NCBI GenBank assembly: GCA_031385445.1 | Contig: JANNBM010000024.1 | Location: 1,616-65,615 of the forward strand | DNA from: Paracoccaceae bacterium | GTDB lineage: Bacteria; Pseudomonadota; Alphaproteobacteria; Rhodobacterales; Rhodobacteraceae | Direction: 5' to 3' | Length of the DNA stretch: 64,000 bases | Position numbers and translations under genes: made by a program | Shown: piece after piece, positions 1 to 8,082 of the stretch | How positions within the stretch are numbered: position 1 is the first letter of the stretch | Layout of the letters: each line of letters begins with the position of its first letter | The notes under the pieces: generated by a model | What the model was told of the DNA's origin: nothing | The model's input: the letters and a program-made list of their open reading frames with translations, nothing else | Database searches by the model: none

Positions 1-105
1 TTGGCGGCCGTCTATTGGCCGCAGGCGGCGCGGCTTTTGATCACGGATGAGGGCTTTGATTACGACGGCGATGGGCCGGCAATCTTGGTTAAATTGCCGT
101 CTTAG
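1..105 (+). CDS. 3' end of an unidentified gene (last 34 codons; runs off the left edge)
   Basis: Open frame from base 1 to TAG 103-105 (..VYWPQAARLLITDEGFDYDGDGPAILVKLPS*). Third-position G/C in 24 of 34 codons, which fits coding DNA here. No family recognised. Confidence 0.3.
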   Translation: MAAVYWPQAARLLITDEGFDYDGDGPAILVKLPS

Positions 106-157
106 GACGAATTTTCTGCGAAAATTCATGCGCTTAAGGCAAGTGTTGCGTGCCTGA

Positions 158-805
158 TCAGATGCGGAACAGAGGCTGCAATAGTCGCGCAAAAATGCCG
201 TGGAATTTCAAGGACGCGTCAGTGGCGGCAAGGCATATGCAATCCTCGCCCACTTCCGCGATGGGGGTATGGTCCAGATCCTCGGTGGCAGTTTCGACAT
301 CGCCCCGGCCATATCGTCCGCCTGCGTCGCTGAACGCGCCTTGCAAAACCATCGTCAATTCCAAACCGCGGTGGCCATGATCAGGCATTGCTTTGCCCGC
401 AGGGATATAAAGCAGCCGCACGGTCGCGCCGGGGGCGGTTGGCAGGATCGCCTGCCGCACGCCGCCTGCGATGTTTTTCCATTTCACCGATGCCAGATCG
501 CCGCCCACGTAATCGGCGAGCGGGCCGGGAAGGATGCCACTGCGCATCGCGCGCTTTTGCGGGGCGGGGGCAGGGCCCATGATCCGCGTCATGGCTTCGT
601 CGAGCGCGCCGTCGGACATCGCAGCGCCTTGATCTTCGACGATGGCGCCGCCGACGGCCTCGAAGGCGGCAAGCTGCGCGCGGCAGTCATCGCAGAGCGA
701 GACATGCGTGGCGATCAGCAGGCTGAACGCCTCGGGCAGGGTGCCAGCGGCATAGCCCATCAAAAGGGCGTCGGATATGTGATGTTTGATGGTCATTGCG
801 GTCAT
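158..805 (-). CDS. chrR: anti-sigma-E factor ChrR (zinc anti-sigma domain + cupin)
   Basis: 215 aa. N-terminal H-x3-C-x2-C zinc anti-sigma motif (THVSLCDDC) and a C-terminal cupin-like half (PDHGHRGLELTMVLQGAF). Starts 3 nt after the rpoE stop. Confidence 0.85.
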   Translation of the reverse strand: MTAMTIKHHISDALLMGYAAGTLPEAFSLLIATHVSLCDDCRAQLAAFEAVGGAIVEDQGAAMSDGALDEAMTRIMGPAPAPQKRAMRSGILPGPLADYVGGDLASVKWKNIAGGVRQAILPTAPGATVRLLYIPAGKAMPDHGHRGLELTMVLQGAFSDAGGRYGRGDVETATEDLDHTPIAEVGEDCICLAATDASLKFHGIFARLLQPLFRI

Positions 806-808
806 GGT

Positions 809-1354
809 TCAGGTCATCTTGTTGCGGAGCCGGTCAAGTGCCAGCCGGATGCGGGATTTTATCGTGCCGAGCGGAAGCCCGGTTTCAGCAGCGAGTTCGG
901 AGTGGGACAGATCGCCGAAATAGGCGCGCTGGATCAGAAGGCGTTGTTTTTCCGGCAGATCGGCCAGCGCCTCTTGCAAAAGTCTGGTGTCTTCGGCGGC
1001 GGCATAAACGTCGGCTTGATCAGGTTCATCCTGCCCAAGCCACATAAGGTCTTCGGGTTCGGGGCGGCGGTCCTTGCGGGCCATGTCGATCCGCCGGTTC
1101 CGCGCGATGGTGAATATCCAGGTCGAAACAGAGGCCCGCGCGGGATCGAACAGATGGGCTTTTTGCCAAAGCGTCGCCATGACATCCTGCGCGCATTCTT
1201 CTGCAGTGGCCGCGTCAGACCCGGCCTTCATCAAAAAGCCCTTCACGCGGGGGGCGAAATGGCGAAAGAGCGCGGCAAAGGCGACTTTGTCCTGTTTGTC
1301 GCGCACGGCCAAAAGCATTTCGGCCCAATCGCTTGGCTGCATCACTGGAATCAT
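809..1354 (-). CDS. rpoE: ECF RNA polymerase sigma factor RpoE (sigma-24 family)
   Basis: Region 2 (DVMATLWQKAHLFDP..STWIFTIARNRRID) and region 4 HTH (LSHSELAAETGLPLGTIKSRIRLALDRL). The longest ORF reaches 1447, but that ATG lies inside the predicted promoter. I therefore start at ATG 1354 (MIPVMQPSDW); ATG 1342 is equally possible. Confidence 0.85.
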   Translation of the reverse strand: MIPVMQPSDWAEMLLAVRDKQDKVAFAALFRHFAPRVKGFLMKAGSDAATAEECAQDVMATLWQKAHLFDPARASVSTWIFTIARNRRIDMARKDRRPEPEDLMWLGQDEPDQADVYAAAEDTRLLQEALADLPEKQRLLIQRAYFGDLSHSELAAETGLPLGTIKSRIRLALDRLRNKMT

Positions 1355-1449
1355 GCCTTTTGCCCGCCATACCTTTGCAGGTGCAACATAGCGACCGCTG
1401 GGCTGCGGGAAAGGGGTGATTTTAAAGGCGTGCAGTTCTGCGATCATGG

Positions 1450-1481
1450 CCTTGATACGGCCGCGTTCAAGGAATGGATCA
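1450..1481 (-). promoter_or_regulatory. sigma-E-type promoter candidate for rpoE-chrR (TGATCC-N17-GTATCAAGG)
   Basis: The minus strand reads TGATCC (1481-1476), 17 nt, then GTATCAAGG (1458-1450). It has the same architecture as the divergent copy at 1495-1526. TGATCC is the -35 I recall for R. sphaeroides RpoE. Confidence 0.5.
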
Positions 1482-1494
1482 CATGGCGCAATTT

Positions 1495-1526
1495 TGATCC
1501 GATTTTTGATGCGGAGCGTATTAAGA
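1495..1526 (+). promoter_or_regulatory. sigma-E-type promoter candidate for the 1555-6160 operon (TGATCC-N17-GTATTAAGA)
   Basis: TGATCC 1495-1500, 17 nt, GTATTAAGA 1518-1526; it ends 28 nt before ATG 1555. The TGATCC / TAAGA elements are recalled from the R. sphaeroides RpoE regulon. Confidence 0.55.
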
Positions 1527-1554
1527 CGGCAAGACCTTAAAGACCGGACGCAAA

Positions 1555-2850
1555 ATGCCTTTTGAGACTTTTGGACCGCAGACCCGCCGCATTGCGGTTA
1601 TTGGTGCAGGTATTTCCGGGATGGCCGCCGCCCATCAGTTAAGCAAGGATCACTCGGTCGTTCTGTTCGAAAGTGAGGGCAGGCTTGGCGGCCACGCGCG
1701 GACCGTTCTGGCCGGAAAGCGCGGCGATCAGCCGGTGGATACCGGGTTCATCGTGTATAACAAGGTGAACTATCCCAACATGGTGGCGCTGTTCGACAGC
1801 CTGAACGTGCCCACGATCCAAAGCGACATGAGCTTTGGCGCGTCGATCAAGGGCGGCTGGTTTGAATATGGCACGGCCACCAACATGGCGTTTTTCGACC
1901 AAAAGCTGAATCTCATTCGCCCGCAATTTTGGGGCATGTTCCGCGACATGCTTCATTTCAACAAGAACGCTCTGATGGCGAGCCAGCAGCAGGGGCTGAC
2001 GATTGGTGGGCTGTTGGAAAAGCTGGGCACTGGCAAATGGTTTCGCGATTATTACATCACGCCGCTGTCGGGCGCGATCTGGTCAACCCCGACGCAGGGG
2101 ATATTGGATTTTCCGGCCGAGGCGATGATCCGCTTTTTTGCCAATCACAACCTCTTGGGCATTTCGGGCCAGCATCAATGGTACACCGTCAAGGGCGGTT
2201 CGATTGAATATGTGCGGCTTTTGGGGGCCGATCTGGTGCGCCGGGGGGTTGAAATTCGGCTTAGGGCGGCGGTGGCGGGCATCCGGCGGCAACAGGACGG
2301 CGTGTTCATCCGGGCGCGTGGCGGCGAGTGGGAGCTATTTGACGATGTGGTGATGGCGACGCATTCCGATGTGTCGTTGTCGCTGCTGTCGGACCCAAGC
2401 GCGCAGGAACGCGCCGCCTTGGGCTCGGTGCGCTATCAGCCAAACGTTGGCGTTCTGCACTGCGATCCTTCGGTGATGCCAAAGCGCAAAAAGGTCTGGT
2501 CGTCTTGGGTCTACAGCGAGCCGGTGGGCGCGCGGCCGGACAAGATTGATCTGACGTATTGGATGAACTCGCTGCAATCGATCCCAAAGGACGATCCGAT
2601 GTTCATCACGCTGAACCCCAACAAACCGATCCGCGACGAGCTGATTTACGAGACGAACACCTTTCATCACCCCGTTTACGATCTGGCCGCGATCGACGCG
2701 CAGGCGAAAGTCCGGGGGTTTAACGGAACGGCGAACACATGGTTCGCGGGGGCTTGGATGCGCAATGGGTTTCATGAGGATGGCCTTGTGTCCGCCTTGG
2801 AGGTGGCCGAGGGCATCCGTGCCCGCGCCGCCGCGCAGTTGGCGGCATGA
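1555..2850 (+). CDS. FAD-dependent oxidoreductase (amine-oxidase / desaturase-like flavoprotein)
   Basis: 431 aa with an N-terminal dinucleotide-binding motif IAVIGAGISGMAAA. First gene behind the sigma-E-type promoter. It resembles what I recall of R. sphaeroides RSP1091 (UfaD); not verified. Confidence 0.85.
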   Translation: MPFETFGPQTRRIAVIGAGISGMAAAHQLSKDHSVVLFESEGRLGGHARTVLAGKRGDQPVDTGFIVYNKVNYPNMVALFDSLNVPTIQSDMSFGASIKGGWFEYGTATNMAFFDQKLNLIRPQFWGMFRDMLHFNKNALMASQQQGLTIGGLLEKLGTGKWFRDYYITPLSGAIWSTPTQGILDFPAEAMIRFFANHNLLGISGQHQWYTVKGGSIEYVRLLGADLVRRGVEIRLRAAVAGIRRQQDGVFIRARGGEWELFDDVVMATHSDVSLSLLSDPSAQERAALGSVRYQPNVGVLHCDPSVMPKRKKVWSSWVYSEPVGARPDKIDLTYWMNSLQSIPKDDPMFITLNPNKPIRDELIYETNTFHHPVYDLAAIDAQAKVRGFNGTANTWFAGAWMRNGFHEDGLVSALEVAEGIRARAAAQLAA

Positions 2851-3599
2851 GCGGGGTCGAGCATCTTCGCGGGCATACCTTTCACGGGCGCAAGGGCAGC
2901 GTCACGAACAGCTTTCGTTATGGCGTCGATTATGTGCTGCTTAGCCCCGAGACCGCGCGGGGACCGTCACTTTTTGGGCGCAACCGGGGCAATGTGACCT
3001 CGCTTTGGGATGCCGATCACGGCGGCGCGCCGGGGCAGGGTACGGGCACCGCTTGGGTGCGGCAGGTTCTGGCGGCGCATGGGCTGGCGGATGCTGCCCG
3101 GATCGACCTTTTGGCGCAACCGCGGGTTCTGGGCCATGTGTTCAATCCGGTCAGCTTTTGGCTTTGCCATGACGCAGCGGGCGATCTTCGCGCGGTGATT
3201 GCCGAGGTGACAAACACCTTTCACCACCGCCATTCCTATCTGTGCCACCGCCCCGATCACGGGCCGATCACCCGCGAAGACCGCCTGACGGCTACGAAAA
3301 TCCTGTATGTCTCCCCCTTTCAGCCGGTTGAAGGCGGGTATGAATTTCGGTTCGACATCACGGCAGATCATATCGGCATCTGGATTGACTATACCGCCGG
3401 ACAGGGCGGGCTGATCGCCACCTTGACCGGCAAACGCGTGCCCCTGACCAATGCGGCGATTGTGATGGCCTGCCTGCGCCGGCCGTTCGGCTCGCGTCGG
3501 GTTTTGGCGCTGATCCATTGGCAGGCGCTAAAGCTGTGGTGGAAAGGGGTTGGTTTTTCGTCGCCGCCAAAGCCGCCAACCGAAGAGGTGACGCGGTGA
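2847..3599 (+). CDS. DUF1365 family protein
   Basis: 250 aa with an ATGA start/stop overlap with the flavoprotein gene. Segments FRYGVDYVLL, NPVSFWLCHD and LYVSPFQP match my memory of DUF1365, the usual partner of this flavoprotein. Confidence 0.75.
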   Translation: MSGVEHLRGHTFHGRKGSVTNSFRYGVDYVLLSPETARGPSLFGRNRGNVTSLWDADHGGAPGQGTGTAWVRQVLAAHGLADAARIDLLAQPRVLGHVFNPVSFWLCHDAAGDLRAVIAEVTNTFHHRHSYLCHRPDHGPITREDRLTATKILYVSPFQPVEGGYEFRFDITADHIGIWIDYTAGQGGLIATLTGKRVPLTNAAIVMACLRRPFGSRRVLALIHWQALKLWWKGVGFSSPPKPPTEEVTR

Positions 3600-4843
3600 C
3601 GACTGCGCAGCGCCCGCTTTGGCCCTGGTCGCTGTTCGCGGCGCTTATCGCGTCGGCGGGTCTGCCGATCTATATCAACGCGCCCAAGTTTTATGCCGAA
3701 ACCTACGGGGTGTCGTTGGCGAGTTTGGGCCTGACACTGGCCGCGTTGCGGCTGATCGACGTGGTGCAGGATCCTTTGCTGGGCTGGCTGGCCGAGGCGC
3801 AAAGGCAGACGCGCGCGGTATGGGTCTGGGGCGCGGCGGCACTGATGGCGCTGTCGATGTTCGGGCTGTTCGCCGTCGCGCCGCCCTTTGCGCCGCTTTT
3901 GTGGTTCGCGGTGATGATGGTGGGGCTGTTTTCGGCGTTCTCCTTCCTGACCATCGTGTTTTACGCCCAAGGGGTCGAACATTCCGCCAGCCTTGGCACG
4001 GGCGGGCATCTGCGGCTGGCCGGGTGGCGCGAGACGGGATCGCTGTTGGGGGTCTGCGTGGCGGCAATCGCGCCGACACTTCTGACGCAGATCACGGCAA
4101 AACCGCTGACCGGGTTTGCGATTGGATTTGCCGCGCTGGCGCTGATCGCCGTGCTGTCGATGGCGGGCAACTGGCAGGCCGGGGCGCCCCGCCCCGCCAC
4201 CCTGCCACCCTCGCAGTTGATCCGGCCGATCTGGGGCGACCGGACCGCGCGGCGGCTTTTGATCCTGTCGCTGGTCAATTCGGCCCCGGTTGCCATCACC
4301 TCGACGCTGTTCCTGTTTTACGTCGAAAGCGTTCTGCAATTGCCCGCTTTGTCCGGCCCGTTCCTTTTGCTCTTTTTCCTGTCCGCCGCGCTGTCCTCCC
4401 CGTTGTGGAGCCGCCTTGGCCGCCGCATCGGCGAGAAAAAGGTGCTGATGCTGGGTATGGTCCTGTCGGTGCTTACCTTTTTCTGGGCGGTGTTTCTGGC
4501 CCCGGGACAGGCGATCTCCTTTGCAGTGATCTCGGCGCTGTCGGGCGCGGCGCTGGGCGCGGATATGGTTTTGTTGCCCGCGCTTTTCGCCCGCCGTCTG
4601 GCCGAAATTGGCGATGCGTCCGAAAGCTTTGCCTTTGGGCTTTGGTCGTTCGTGTCCAAGCTGTGCCTCGCCTTTGCCGCCGCCATCTTGCTGCCGCTGC
4701 TGCAAGGGGCGGGGTTTGCTACCACCGGGGTCAGCAGCCCCGCCTCGCTGTCGCTGCTGGCGCTGCTGTATGCGGCGCTGCCTTGCGCGCTCAAACTCAT
4801 CTCTCTTGGGCTGATTTGGGCCCTTCCGCTAGAAAAGGCCTGA
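3596..4843 (+). CDS. MFS-type transporter
   Basis: About 415 aa and hydrophobic throughout, with a multi-helix profile. GTG 3596 overlaps the upstream TGA (GTGA). The longest ORF start (3518) would overlap DUF1365 by 82 nt. Confidence 0.7.
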   Translation: MTTAQRPLWPWSLFAALIASAGLPIYINAPKFYAETYGVSLASLGLTLAALRLIDVVQDPLLGWLAEAQRQTRAVWVWGAAALMALSMFGLFAVAPPFAPLLWFAVMMVGLFSAFSFLTIVFYAQGVEHSASLGTGGHLRLAGWRETGSLLGVCVAAIAPTLLTQITAKPLTGFAIGFAALALIAVLSMAGNWQAGAPRPATLPPSQLIRPIWGDRTARRLLILSLVNSAPVAITSTLFLFYVESVLQLPALSGPFLLLFFLSAALSSPLWSRLGRRIGEKKVLMLGMVLSVLTFFWAVFLAPGQAISFAVISALSGAALGADMVLLPALFARRLAEIGDASESFAFGLWSFVSKLCLAFAAAILLPLLQGAGFATTGVSSPASLSLLALLYAALPCALKLISLGLIWALPLEKA

Positions 4844-4847
4844 TGCC

Positions 4848-5408
4848 ATGTCGCCGTTAACCTCTGCCCTGGTGGTCGCCGCAATCGTAATTGCCTTTGC
4901 AGTCATCCTGCCCTTTTTCGCGGGCTTTCGCGGGCAGAAACCGCAGGACTACCGCAGAACTTCCCCCACGATGGACCCGCGCAGGCATCTGTCTGGCCCG
5001 ATCCTGTGCGAGGGGGTGATTTACGGGCCGACGGGCCGTGTCACCTCACGCTTCGTGGCCGAGATGGAGGGCGTCTGGACCGGCAACATGGGCGTGCTGA
5101 AAGAGCGTTTCCGCTATGACACCGGCACCGTGCAGAACCGCGAATGGCGGCTAAGCCTTGGCAATGATGGCGCACTAAAGGCCGAGGCCGACGATCTGGT
5201 CGGCGCGGGCACGGGCACGCTCGCGGGGGCGAGTCTGCAGATGCTGTACAAGCTGCGGCTTCCGGCGGCGGCGGGGGGGCATGTTCTGGACGTTACCGAC
5301 TGGATGTATTTGTGCGAGAACGGCACGATCATGAACCGCAGCCAGTTCACCAAATTCGGCATCAAGGTGGCCGAGTTGGTGGCCACGATGCGCCCGTTGC
5401 CAGTATGA
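4848..5408 (+). CDS. DUF3833-like protein (N-terminal membrane helix)
   Basis: 186 aa with an N-terminal hydrophobic helix (LTSALVVAAIVIAFAVILPFFAGF) followed by a soluble domain. Its position in this cluster type fits DUF3833. The family call is from memory. Confidence 0.6.
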   Translation: MSPLTSALVVAAIVIAFAVILPFFAGFRGQKPQDYRRTSPTMDPRRHLSGPILCEGVIYGPTGRVTSRFVAEMEGVWTGNMGVLKERFRYDTGTVQNREWRLSLGNDGALKAEADDLVGAGTGTLAGASLQMLYKLRLPAAAGGHVLDVTDWMYLCENGTIMNRSQFTKFGIKVAELVATMRPLPV

Positions 5409-6160
5409 GGTATCAAGGTCAGACGTGGTGGCTGGTGGGCGCGTCCGAGGGTTTGGGACTGGCGCTGGCGCAGGCGATGGCGGCAGAGGGCGCGGATCTG
5501 ATCCTGTCGGGGCGGGATGCGGGGCGGCTATCGGCGGCGGCGGCGAGCCTGGTGCGGCCCGCGCGGGTTTTGGCGGTGGATGTGGGCGATGACGCCTCGG
5601 TCGCGGCGGCGGCAGGCGAATTGGGGCCGCTGGACGGGGTGGTTTTTCTGGCCGGTGTCTATTGGCCGACCGCCGCGCAGCAATGGGACGCGGCCAAGGT
5701 GACGGCGATGTGCAACGTGAACTTCACCGGCTGCGCGCGGGTTTTGGGCGCGGTGGTGCCCCAAATGGTGGCGCGCGGGCGCGGGCATGTGGTGATCACC
5801 GGCTCTTTGTCGGGCTTCCGCGGGCTGCCGGGGGCCATCGGTTATGCCGCCTCAAAAGCCGGCACGATGGCGCTGGCGGAATCGATGTATTGCGATCTGC
5901 GCGGCACGGGGGTGAAGGTGCAGCTGGCCAACCCCGGCTTTATCCGCACGCGGCTGACCGAAAAGAATGAATTTTCAATGCCCTTCCTGATGGAACCGGA
6001 AGAGGCCGCGCAGCACATGCTGCGGCTGATGCAGAGCCGCGCGTTCAAGTCGAGCTTTCCGGTGGTGTTTTCCTGGCTGTTCCGGCTGTCGCAATTCTTG
6101 CCGGACTGGGCCTATTACCGTCTGTTCGCGCCGCGCCCTAAAACGCCAGACAGACCATGA
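5405..6160 (+). CDS. SDR family oxidoreductase
   Basis: ATG 5405 overlaps the upstream stop (ATGA). Glycine-rich cofactor motif VGASEGLGLALA and catalytic YxxxK (YAASKAG). Confidence 0.85.
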   Translation: MRYQGQTWWLVGASEGLGLALAQAMAAEGADLILSGRDAGRLSAAAASLVRPARVLAVDVGDDASVAAAAGELGPLDGVVFLAGVYWPTAAQQWDAAKVTAMCNVNFTGCARVLGAVVPQMVARGRGHVVITGSLSGFRGLPGAIGYAASKAGTMALAESMYCDLRGTGVKVQLANPGFIRTRLTEKNEFSMPFLMEPEEAAQHMLRLMQSRAFKSSFPVVFSWLFRLSQFLPDWAYYRLFAPRPKTPDRP

Positions 6161-7409
6161 AAAACCCGTCCATCCCGCCCTTATCCGCCCAATAATCGGG
6201 GCGGGTGCGCAAAGCGCCTTGGGGAGTGTGCCAATCGGCAGGGATGCCGGGCAGATCGGCGGGCAAAACGCGCAGGCCAGGGTGGCGGGCGAGGGCGGCG
6301 TCCAACTGGGCCTCGCCTTCTTCGGGGAACAGCGAGCAGGTCGCGTAGACCAGCCTGCCGCCCGGTTTCAACCAGCCAAGCGCACGGTCCAAGAGCTGCG
6401 CTTGCAGATGGGTCAGGTCCGGCAGATCGCTGCCATCTTTGGCAAAGGGCAGATCGGGGTGGCGGCGGATGGTGCCGGTCGCCGAACAGGGCGCGTCCAG
6501 CAGGATCGCATCAAAGGGCGCGTGCGGTACCCAATGCAGCGCATCGGCGATGACCATTTGTGCCGTCAAGCCAAGGCGTTGCAGGTTTTCACTGACGCGG
6601 GCCATACGCGGGCCGGAGATATCCAAGGCTGTGACATCAGCGCCCAACGCGGCCAGCTGCGCGGTCTTGCCGCCGGGCGCCGCGCAAAGATCGAGCACCC
6701 GCATACCGGAAGCCGGCGCGAGCAGACGCACCGGCAGGGCGGCGGCGGCATCCTGCACCCACCAGCCCCCTGCGGCAAAACCCGCCAAACTGCTGATCTG
6801 CCCCGGCGCGGCGATGCGCAGGCTGCCGGTTGGCAACAGGTCCCCTTCGGGAAGTTCCGCCCCGGCTTTGAAGCTGAGATCGAGCGGCGGAACCCCTGCT
6901 TGCACGGCTTCAATCGCCGCAACCGCTTCACGTCCGTAGGCATGCACCAAAGGTTGACGCAGCCAGCGCGGCAGTTTTTGCACCGGGCCTGTCACCGGGT
7001 CGGCGGGGATTTGCCGCAGAACGGCGTTGATCATTCCGGCCTGATGCTGGGTTTTGCGACCGGTTTTGGCCAGGGCCACCGCGTCGTTGACCACCCCATG
7101 CGCCGCAGCGCCACCGGCGATTTCATGCAAGGCCAGACGCAAAATGTTCAGCACCGGCAAGGGGGGCGCTTTGCGCAGGTATTGGCCAAGGGTGATGTCC
7201 AAAGGCTCCAGCTGGCGCAGAACCTCGGTGGCCAGACGCTGGGCGCGGGCGCGGTCCTGCGGCGTCAGACCGTCCAGAAGGCCGGGCGCGGTTAACGCTT
7301 GGCTCAGCGGTTGACCGGCCTCCAGAACACAGTCGAGCAGCGCAACCGCCGCGCCGCGCGCGCCCAGACCTTTTGCGCCCAAACCTTTTGGCCCCGCTGC
7401 TTTTGCCAT
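6138..7409 (-). CDS. rsmB: 16S rRNA (cytosine-C5)-methyltransferase RsmB/Sun family
   Basis: 423 aa. NusB-like N-terminus plus a SAM methyltransferase core (DLCAAPGGKT, DAPCSATGTIRRHPD, YATCS). Confidence 0.85.
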   Translation of the reverse strand: MAKAAGPKGLGAKGLGARGAAVALLDCVLEAGQPLSQALTAPGLLDGLTPQDRARAQRLATEVLRQLEPLDITLGQYLRKAPPLPVLNILRLALHEIAGGAAAHGVVNDAVALAKTGRKTQHQAGMINAVLRQIPADPVTGPVQKLPRWLRQPLVHAYGREAVAAIEAVQAGVPPLDLSFKAGAELPEGDLLPTGSLRIAAPGQISSLAGFAAGGWWVQDAAAALPVRLLAPASGMRVLDLCAAPGGKTAQLAALGADVTALDISGPRMARVSENLQRLGLTAQMVIADALHWVPHAPFDAILLDAPCSATGTIRRHPDLPFAKDGSDLPDLTHLQAQLLDRALGWLKPGGRLVYATCSLFPEEGEAQLDAALARHPGLRVLPADLPGIPADWHTPQGALRTRPDYWADKGGMDGFFMVCLAF

Positions 7410-7471
7410 TCGTTGCCCCTATGCACATCTGCCTGCGCGCCCTATATCAGCAGCAGCGCAAAGGGGAAACC

Positions 7472-7648
7472 ATGTCACATCCGAAACCCGATCTGCTGCC
7501 CGCCGCTGTCCGCGCCCTTGCCGAGGCAGAGGCGCGGCGGAAGGCGGCGAAACCTGCGGATATGCCTGCCGAATTGGGTGGGCGCGACGGGCCAGAGCCG
7601 GTGCGCTTTGGTGATTGGGAGAAAAAGGGTTTGGCCGTCGATTTCTAA
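7472..7648 (+). CDS. DUF1674 (SDHAF4-like) small protein
   Basis: 58 aa from ATG 7472 (AAAGGGGA upstream). It ends ..RFGDWEKKGLAVDF, the conserved C-terminus of the family. Confidence 0.7.
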   Translation: MSHPKPDLLPAAVRALAEAEARRKAAKPADMPAELGGRDGPEPVRFGDWEKKGLAVDF

Positions 7649-7660
7649 GAGGTTTCGGAC

Positions 7661-8023
7661 CTATTTCAGCGCAAAAACCGCCGACTTTCCAGCGCCCTGA
7701 TCGACGGTAAACCGCATGGACCCGGTGCCATCCGCTTCGACCAACTGGCAATTGTATTCGATTGCGTAACCGCTCCAGTCCATCTCGCGGCAGAAAAAGC
7801 CATCCGTCCAATTCCAACTGCCGGTCACGTCCCAGCCCAACATGTTTCCGGTGATCTGACCGTCGGGTTTGACGTTCAGCGACACGTCCCAAAGTCTGAG
7901 CAGCAGTTCGCGCCCTTCGATCATGGACAAAAAGTCCTGCTTGTCCGAGACGGGCGCAAATTCCGCCGCGAGCGCGGGCGAGCTGAACAAAGCGGCGACT
8001 GCCAGAAAAACGATGCGGCGCAT
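7661..8023 (-). CDS. exported hypothetical protein
   Basis: 120 aa with a signal peptide MRRIVFLAVAALFSSPALA|AE. No family recognised. Confidence 0.6.
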   Translation of the reverse strand: MRRIVFLAVAALFSSPALAAEFAPVSDKQDFLSMIEGRELLLRLWDVSLNVKPDGQITGNMLGWDVTGSWNWTDGFFCREMDWSGYAIEYNCQLVEADGTGSMRFTVDQGAGKSAVFALK

Positions 8024-8082
8024 GATGATCCAAACGAAAAAGCTATAAAATTTGTACGGCGGCCCGATCCCGCTGGATCACA

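Noticed and set aside
200-1540. Very long ORFs antisense to or overlapping confident genes. Examples are 200-1540, 3389-4705, 6219-7295, 20885-22645, 38984-40687 and 41541-43055.
   Set aside because: These are typical shadow ORFs of high-GC DNA. Their translations are Arg/Gly/Pro/Gln-rich low-complexity strings with no family motifs, and they overlap genes that have clear signatures.
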